A stretch of DNA of 57,145 bases, counting the filler, from Basidiobolus ranarum (taxonomy: Eukaryota), in NCBI GenBank assembly GCA_040143965.1. It is 2 parts of 2 records of this genome, joined end to end, with 100 filler letters (N's around TTAATTAATTAA, not from the genome) between each part and the next. Parts side by side here need not be neighbours in the genome. Positions count along the whole stretch, not along the records: positions 28,629 to 57,145 come from JASJQH010006990.1; 1 more part is not named here. One strand, given 5' to 3'. Below, piece by piece: positions 50,098-57,145 of the stretch. How positions within the stretch are numbered: the first letter of the stretch is position 1; every line of letters starts with the position of its first letter. The notes below the pieces were generated by a model. That model ran no database searches and was not told the origin of the DNA. It saw only the letters and a program-made list of their open reading frames with translations. The translations under genes and the position numbers were made by a program.

Positions 50098-50508
50098 TTT
50101 GAAAGCAGACAGTAAATCCTACACGACGTGAAAGTTTTCACCTTCATGCATGTGGGTTTTGTAGTCTGGCTATTCTCTCGGATAGCCTTCATTTTTCTTC
50201 CATTTAGTGCCTTCTTTGGATCTCATTTCCATTTTCCGTATTGACTTTCTGGAATAGTCAATAATCAATGGTTTGAATTAGCGGACACAGCGAATTGGAG
50301 TTTACGTTCACCCTTTCTTGCATGCGGCGATTTCTTTTTTCGACAGCCTTCCCAAATGGGTCAGAGGCTAGAGGAGAAATCCCAGCAATTTAACCTTGGT
50401 TCATTTAAACTTGGTTCAAGATCTCACAACTAGTACTTTACTCCCTTGTGGTTGAGTGAGTTTACCCTCTTGTTTGTAGCACAGTTGTGTGTATGATGTG
50501 TGATATGG

Positions 50509-50543
50509 GCTATGCACTATGTTCTATGCGCTATGTGCTATGT
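50509..50543. repeat. Imperfect 7-bp tandem repeat (ctatgNN) x5
   Basis: gctatgcactatgttctatgcgctatgtgctatgt. Confidence 0.7.
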
Positions 50544-51699
50544 CCTCGCCATCCTCACAACTCGCAATTTAGATTCTAGGCCAAATTAAGAAGTTCAGCG
50601 ACAACTGCAAACACATCCAATATAGAACATGACTTGGTGAACTTTAATAGCCAATTATCCAGCCAAGAGTACAATTTGGTTTGTGGGGGATTTATTTTCC
50701 GTGATAAGATAACTAAACAAACATTTATATGCAAACAAAATACCGAGAAGTGATATCAATATGCTAGCCCAATTGAAACTATTTCTGGGAAAGTCATTGA
50801 CGAATGAAATTCTTAGTCGCTTTTACCTTGAATTGGTGGAAACTCTTCTAACTGTTGGAATTCTGGAATACTAACTATAGTGACAGAAATACCTTAATAA
50901 AGAGCGGTATATTATCTAAAATAGCCTAATAAAGAAGGCGGTAAAACATCCCATTTCCAACATCAATTCCGGTGAAGCTATAAATGATATATGGTTTAAT
51001 ATACCTCGGCTAATATACCTTAATTGCCTTGACCTTACCATAGCTAAAGTTGACCTCATCGATCAATTAGCCTGCATATCATGACTGAATCTCTCTCTCA
51101 TCAAGTTCGTTGATTACCGAAGTGTAAGAGTAATCATGATATGTGAGGTGGTAATTCGCCTTATTGGTTGTCATTTAGAGGTATCGGGATCGAAACCATC
51201 ACCCAACGTTACTGTTAAAGATAAGAACGAAAAGCCAAGTTATGCCAGAACATCGCCAATCTCCATGGCGCTGGGCGCAGGCTGATTGGTGCGAAGATTG
51301 TAATTACAGTTTTAATATGAATATGGCTTAGGGGCTAAGCGTATCACTATGTGTTAAAATAAAGTGTGCAATCTGATAGTAATTGCTCAGCAGAATGCAT
51401 ACCAGTACCGCATACCGCATGATTATGGAATTACGCCATCTGCTAAGCTTGTATGGAAGGTGATCACTTTGTGTGAGAATCTTTGCTGAAAGATAACAGG
51501 CTCGGCAGGGATGCAAGTGACGTTTTACTGAATCTAGTTAAACCCTAACCCTGGCCGCCTGCTCCCATCTTTTTACTCATTCAGGAATGTGAATCACCCA
51601 AGGTTCCGTATATAAGCAGCTCAAGGACTTCTCCAGAGCCCATTGTGTTATCAGACTGTAAAAATTTAAAAGCTCCCTAACTATCTCATAATCCCTAAA

Positions 51700-52419
51700 A
51701 TGTTTGACAATAACGTTATCGTTGCCACTCAACACGTGATTGATCACTATTTCACATCAAAATCCAAGGACACATTCAATCACCCTGGACACTATACAAA
51801 GGAGGCCATCCTATCTAGCAAGTCAATACCGCAAACAGTCCTAACCAAATCATCACCCAATCTCGAGAGCCAAATCAAAGCCCACATCATCAGTATCACA
51901 TCCAACACTGTCAACCATTTGTTTGAGTGTGCAGAGCCCAACTCGGCCAATCCTTTTGTTCCCGACGAACTACCCAAACTTGACGCATTCATCGCACGAG
52001 TATTCCGTCGTTCCAACCTGCCTCTCAACAATCTTTTGACCTCATTGCTGTATCTCGTTCGCCTCAAAGAGTATCATCCCTCCTGCAAAGGCACACTCGG
52101 TTCTGGACATCGATTGTTTCTTGCTGCATTGATGATGGCCAACAAATATCTTCACGATGGAGCCTACCACAACAAAACGTGGTTCAAAATAGTGGATGGA
52201 TTCTACGAACTACAAGATTTAAATCAAATGGAGTCCGAATTCCTCAGCCTGTTGAAGTTTGAACTGGTGGTGAAGAAAGAAGAGTGGGTCGAGTTCATTG
52301 ACATCATGGACGGGAAGCTCACACGCAGTTGGGCCCGCAAAGGCATCCAGGGACCAAGTGGCTATCTCTTCAGACAAATGACTAGCCAGAAGACTGCACA
52401 CATGAACCAACTCATCTAA
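51700..52419 (+). CDS. Pho85-type cyclin (Pcl1/Pcl2-like), intronless
   Basis: LPKLDAFI..VFRRSN..LLTSLLYLVRLK, HRLFLAALMMANKYLHD..YHNKTW, LNQMESEFLSLLKFEL; TATATAA at 51609. Confidence 0.92.
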   Translation: MFDNNVIVATQHVIDHYFTSKSKDTFNHPGHYTKEAILSSKSIPQTVLTKSSPNLESQIKAHIISITSNTVNHLFECAEPNSANPFVPDELPKLDAFIARVFRRSNLPLNNLLTSLLYLVRLKEYHPSCKGTLGSGHRLFLAALMMANKYLHDGAYHNKTWFKIVDGFYELQDLNQMESEFLSLLKFELVVKKEEWVEFIDIMDGKLTRSWARKGIQGPSGYLFRQMTSQKTAHMNQLI

Positions 52420-52709
52420 ACCCTCTGCCTCTGCCCTATTGTATTAATATCATCAGCCATCATCTATTGTAATATTCTCCTCTTATGTATATTAGAGCCA
52501 TCAATTGATTTGTATATACAGTCATCTATATATTGGAAACCTTCATGGAATAAACCACTTTTGAATTATCTCATTTACAGATGTTTAATTTGTTATTTAT
52601 CTGTTTGTTATTTGGAAAAACTGGAGATAATGAAAAGAAGGGAGGTGAGTTCCGATAGCCGCCAACAATTATCTACTCGGTTATAAAAATACAAATAGGC
52701 CAATGTTTA

Positions 52710-53615
52710 TTAGATCGCCATGCTGGCACGTAATTCAGCAAGCTCGGCATCTTCGTCTTCTTCTTGAACTTTGTTGCGAACTAGTTTGAAACGATAAAGA
52801 ATGAGAAATCATTTTCTTCGTAAACATATGTGTGATGGATGACTTACGGGGTTGGTCAGGAACACTGGGCATATGCACAGGTGGTGCTTCGGCACCCAAA
52901 AGTTTGGAGTCGAGTTCTTCTTGTTCAAGTTCTTCTAATTCGGCATTAAGCTCATCCTAAAATATAATTTAGTTACAAGTACATTAGAAATGACATAAAA
53001 GCTATGCTTACCTCATCCATATCATATCCAAATCCAACGGGTTGAGAAATGGCATCAGAAATTTCATTTGCCAAGTCCATCTGTTCACGAATCTCATCCA
53101 TTGTGGAATCCACTTTGTCAATATCCCTAATAAATCCGAAGTAAGTTAAAAATGCCAAGAGTAGTCAAAAAAAAACATCCAAAGTAACATACAGTTTTCC
53201 GTGGATATTTTTCATAGCATCTGAACCAGCCTTCATAGCATTCATGGTTTCGAGGTTCACATTGGCACTTTCAATGGCCATAACTTGAGTCTCAATGGTC
53301 ATCCGGGACCCGGAAATCTTCTCGATCTGACCTTCATATTGCTTCTTACGCTTCAATGCCATTAGAGCAGCTAGATGGGGAGTAAAATTGGTTATGTTCA
53401 GGATGAAACATTTGTGAAAAATATTTCAGTCATGTTTGTTGAAATATACCTCTTTTATTTTTAGTAGCATTGGCCTTGGCAACTTTTAACTCGTTATCAA
53501 TTTTGGTTTGTAGAAAATTCTCTCGTTTCTCAAGCATGAGAAGGGTTTCACGTAAACGTACGATGGCATCTTTAGGAGAAGACTTTGCTTTGGCTTTACC
53601 GAAAAATAAATTCAT
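52710..53615 (-). CDS. SNF7: ESCRT-III subunit Snf7/Vps32, multi-exon
   Basis: [90 protein letters not shown]. Confidence 0.96.
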
Positions 53616-54632
53616 CTTTAGTTGAGAAGTTAAATATATAAGGTGGAATGTGGAATTGGGATGGTTATGTTAATTGTGTTGACGGATGAGAATATCAGAA
53701 AAGAAGTGCTATAAACAAATTAGTAGTCCAAGTTACTCTAAAGGAAAATTTTCGATTTTTTAACAATGATTGCGGGTAGATTTCTATGGATCTCATTAAT
53801 GATTAATTCAATCTTACATAATATAACCATGAATATTTGAAGTTGGAAAAGTGATTTAGTGAAATGATAATTTGGTGATTTGGTGAAGTAAATATCCAAA
53901 GTCTGACTTGGTAAATACTCATTTGTTGTTTACTAATTCAATGACATTCTTTCTATTTGCTAGAGCCATTTTCTCTATTCACTTTACGTTTTTAATCCAT
54001 TTTCTCTGTTATGAACTTATCTACTTGGAGTCAACAGTTACTACTTGAAATAGTTAGAGTTTTAAGTAGAATCTGATCATATACCAGAATATCCAGTTAC
54101 CAAACTTTAAGATCAAGGATGATTGTTTTTACCGAAATGCGAATTGGAACGCGATAGCAACGCAACCTCAACCTCAACCCCGACCCCATCCTAACCCTCC
54201 TTCGACCTTGGTCTTGACCTACCCCGTCCCCTGAATACTACAGAGAGAGATTCTGCATATATGTGTTACCTACATAGACTCGTTGATCACATGAGAGTTA
54301 TTTACCACACGATAAGGTCACGTTCACCAATTACTAATAATCACAACTCCTTAATCCTGGTAAACACTCAGAGCACCTACAGAAATTACCAGCTAGATGG
54401 ACACTCCCACGTTAACTGATGATTCTTATCTTTGATTGAGTCACAAAAGAGACTCATATGACCCATTGCTATAACATAGGATGTGATGCATGTTAAATCT
54501 GGATCTACCCACACACACTGCTTGATGTTTCAGTGGGTTTTCAACGGTGAATGCTCATGTGCTTAAGTGCAGGTTAAGTTGTGGTATGTTTCACGAGAAT
54601 TAAACAATATTTAAGAAACACAAGGTGGGTCA

Positions 54633-54662
54633 GGAGGTGACAATCTGGAGGTGACAATCTGG
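54633..54662. repeat. 14-bp perfect tandem duplication
   Basis: (ggaggtgacaatct)2gg. Confidence 0.9.
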
Positions 54663-55466
54663 TTTATCAAGGAATAAAATCCGTTTACTAAATGGAGAAA
54701 TTCCCATCCAAGCTAATCTAGGCATGAATATGGAAATGTGGATAATATAGCGTGGTTAGTTTGGGGCTTTGTTGGATAGAATTAGAGCTAGATAGGGTAG
54801 GATTTTTAATCAAACTCTCAAGGGCCACGTATCCGTACTTCCATATATCCGTTTAGGGTTAGGGTTGGACACATGTTCTGTTGATATCATATCCATCAGA
54901 AGGTCAAAATGCCATCATCATCTCTTCCATCAGATAATTCGAGACTTCTCTCGAGGAGAACAAGCCCTTTTTCTTTTCATATAAATAAACCCAAGTCTTC
55001 TGGTCTAGATCGATTAGTCTCTACGTTCTAGCCATGTTATATCGTAGGGATCAGTCTGGAATTTCATCATTTGTTTTCTTGAACAAGTGAAGATTTTGGG
55101 GGAGCAAGGCAGGGCAGGGGGTAGTTGTCGAAGAAACTTCATATCTGGGAAGCCAAATTGGTTGAGTTACTTTGGGGGATCATCGTGATGGATATTGGGG
55201 AATTGAACTCAGTATGATTGGTGCAATGTGACTGTCTTATTCATTGACTAACCGAAATAGTAAGGGATAGTTAGGGATTCAGAGCGGACTCAGAAGGTTC
55301 AGTATTGCTAGCCATAAAAGCCATAAAATTCAGTTTATTACAATAAATGTACATCTAACAGAGAAGATGAAAGAGCTGATCTACACTATAGTACAATGCT
55401 CACTCGGACCAAAAATACAATCCACTAGGGATACCAAAAACATATAATACAGACGGGAATGAGCGT

Positions 55467-56336
55467 TCAACGAACTAATCTCTTGACTAAAGGTCGGTTG
55501 CGTTCTGTCATTATCTTTTTGCTGCAACGACTCAATAGCATCAAGAATTTCTGTTGTTTATCCGAGGGGACTTGGGAGTTGAAGAGCGCCTCCAAAAGGG
55601 ATTTATCTAAAACCGGTGGTGATGCCAGGGCAGATTGGCTGATCTGGGGTGCATGCAAATGCAGTTTCGTCCTCAACATGGTGATTGATTGATTGTCAAG
55701 TTTCTGTTGATTGATATTGGTGTTTTCCATCATGTTGGCCAGATCATCGACATACAATGAGACCGAGGTCTTTGCTGATTTGAGTTGCTCTGGTGGGGGC
55801 GTGATCATTCGAGATCTAGAGGAAGGGGCTGTGGATAACTTGGGCAGCAGTAGCAGATGATCCCCAAACTTCTGAAGATCCAACGGATGAACCATCAAGT
55901 CGAACTTGCTCAGAAAAAGGAACTCCATCTCCAGCCCATTCAAATCCTTCAAGTGGATGCCAGCAACCTGAGCAAAGCGTGAGTTGGCGAAGTAAACATC
56001 CGAGCAATATTTGGAAGCAACCACGATCCCAGTGACCAACAGACGGTGGATATTATAAGAGTTGATGACAAATGGGGCATTTGTTTCTTTGGAGTATTGA
56101 ACGATCCGATCAAGGTATATCAGGGTGCTCAAGAGACACTCGTTGCTGAAGGGCGTATACTTCAGAATGCGCAGAAGATAGTCTTCTACACTTATAGATG
56201 GAATGGAGTTGGAGTGGAAGCAAGTTAAACTCTTTGCTTCACAAGAATCGTTGATATGTATCATTGACTTTAGCATGCGAGAAACCAAAGAAATCGTTTG
56301 CTTCACGGGAAGCGTTGCAATATCAAAATGAGTCAT
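55467..56336 (-). CDS. Pho85-type cyclin (Pho80/Pcl6/Pcl7-like), intronless
   Basis: FHSNSIPSISVEDYLLRILKY, LIYLDRI, INSYNIHRLLVTGIVVASKYCSDVYFANSRFAQVAG, LNGLEMEFL. Confidence 0.93.
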   Translation of the reverse strand: MTHFDIATLPVKQTISLVSRMLKSMIHINDSCEAKSLTCFHSNSIPSISVEDYLLRILKYTPFSNECLLSTLIYLDRIVQYSKETNAPFVINSYNIHRLLVTGIVVASKYCSDVYFANSRFAQVAGIHLKDLNGLEMEFLFLSKFDLMVHPLDLQKFGDHLLLLPKLSTAPSSRSRMITPPPEQLKSAKTSVSLYVDDLANMMENTNINQQKLDNQSITMLRTKLHLHAPQISQSALASPPVLDKSLLEALFNSQVPSDKQQKFLMLLSRCSKKIMTERNRPLVKRLVR

Positions 56337-57145
56337 CGAATATCAGCAAATAAAGTTATATGAATGTATTAAGCTACAAGCAAAGGTCAGGAAAGAGTAT
56401 GTTCAAAGAGGTAGCGATCTAAGGACTATTGTATTTGTCCAAACGGATGCTGGACCCATTTATACTTCCGAGGATATTGGCGACATGGCACTCTTTCCAC
56501 CAAATCCAGTGGTGAATCTAGTCTCAGTTCCAATTTGAATGACATCAAAATTAACCTAATGATTAAACGATAGTGAATGGTAGCTACCTCAGTGTAACTA
56601 GCTATGAAGTTGAATGGTTATCTATGATTGGGTAAATGGATCGACTCCATTCTGGGTAATATGCAAAGCTTGGGTTTGCTCTCTAGTCTCCCCCCAAAGA
56701 TAACTTCCTTCTTTTGGATCTAACCGCAGTGCGTCGGTTGGATTCTGGTACTATTCAAATCTCCCCAAATACCCCCAAACACCCCAAGTTTCACAACAAA
56801 TATTTATGCATGGAATTGTAGACACTGCCAACAGATCCTACCAGAACATCAGAGGTTACCCCCAACCTCTTGCGAGTGAATGGGGAGAATCAGCTAGCCT
56901 CTGGATCTTTCTGTTTAGAAGAGTTTGATTGAAAATTTTCTTAAAAAAAAGGTTCGCGTATACATGGACCATCCACTAAAATGAGCACCGATATGTGTAA
57001 ATATATGTGGTAGCTTTCATAATCATACGAACTAGAAAGGTCCAGACCTCCTGCAAGCTCCACCTAGATCAAGATGCTGATTGAAGGAAAGCTTCCCAAA
57101 AACCAGGGCAACCCTGGGGAGACTATCGCGAGTTGGTATCATATC

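Noticed and set aside
54070-54234. Open frame reading QPQPQPRPHPNPP
   Set aside because: No start codon or clear splice partner; produced by the hexamer repeat.
1-57145. tRNA, rRNA, U12-type or other non-canonical introns
   Set aside because: No tRNA or rRNA hallmarks seen by eye, and every intron I reconstructed is GT-AG; tRNAscan-SE and Infernal would be needed to exclude them formally.

Overview
Eukaryotic, AT-rich, gene-dense DNA with short GT-AG introns. The gene set (WC-2-like PAS-GATA factor, Zn2Cys6 factor, AUR1, Pho85 cyclins, together with a saposin-type acid sphingomyelinase and an animal-like LAMTOR3) points to an early-diverging fungus, possibly Zoopagomycota or Mucoromycota; this is an inference. 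About 26 protein-coding genes can be reconstructed by hand, several of them invisible or fragmented in the ORF track. In order: acid sphingomyelinase, AUR1, a small membrane protein, Nab2, tyrosinase, WC-2-like factor, glycerol-3-phosphate acyltransferase, Zn2Cys6/AT-hook factor, an S/P-rich hypothetical protein, U5-40K, a decayed Ty1/copia fragment, an artificial 100-bp contig linker, NAT1 (truncated by the gap), LAMTOR3, a TauD/BBOX-like dioxygenase, a Ubl-PH-PH protein, TAF9, histone H2B, cytochrome c, a Cys-rich secreted protein, a MAPR cytochrome b5 protein, a PPR protein, ATG4, an Ato/Gpr1 transporter, a Pcl cyclin, SNF7 and a Pho80-like cyclin. I found no tRNA, rRNA or CRISPR. Most of the window is housekeeping and I cannot demonstrate a new system. 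The best leads are: (1) a ~1.2 kb transposon relic with no CpG at all, whose conserved Arg codons carry CpG-deamination changes; (2) a convergent sphingomyelinase + IPC synthase pair; (3) a tyrosinase next to wc-2 with GATC repeats between them; (4) an intronless, possibly horizontally acquired dioxygenase; (5) an unpaired short-tailed H2B sharing a promoter with TAF9. All assignments are by-eye motif recognition, not database searches.
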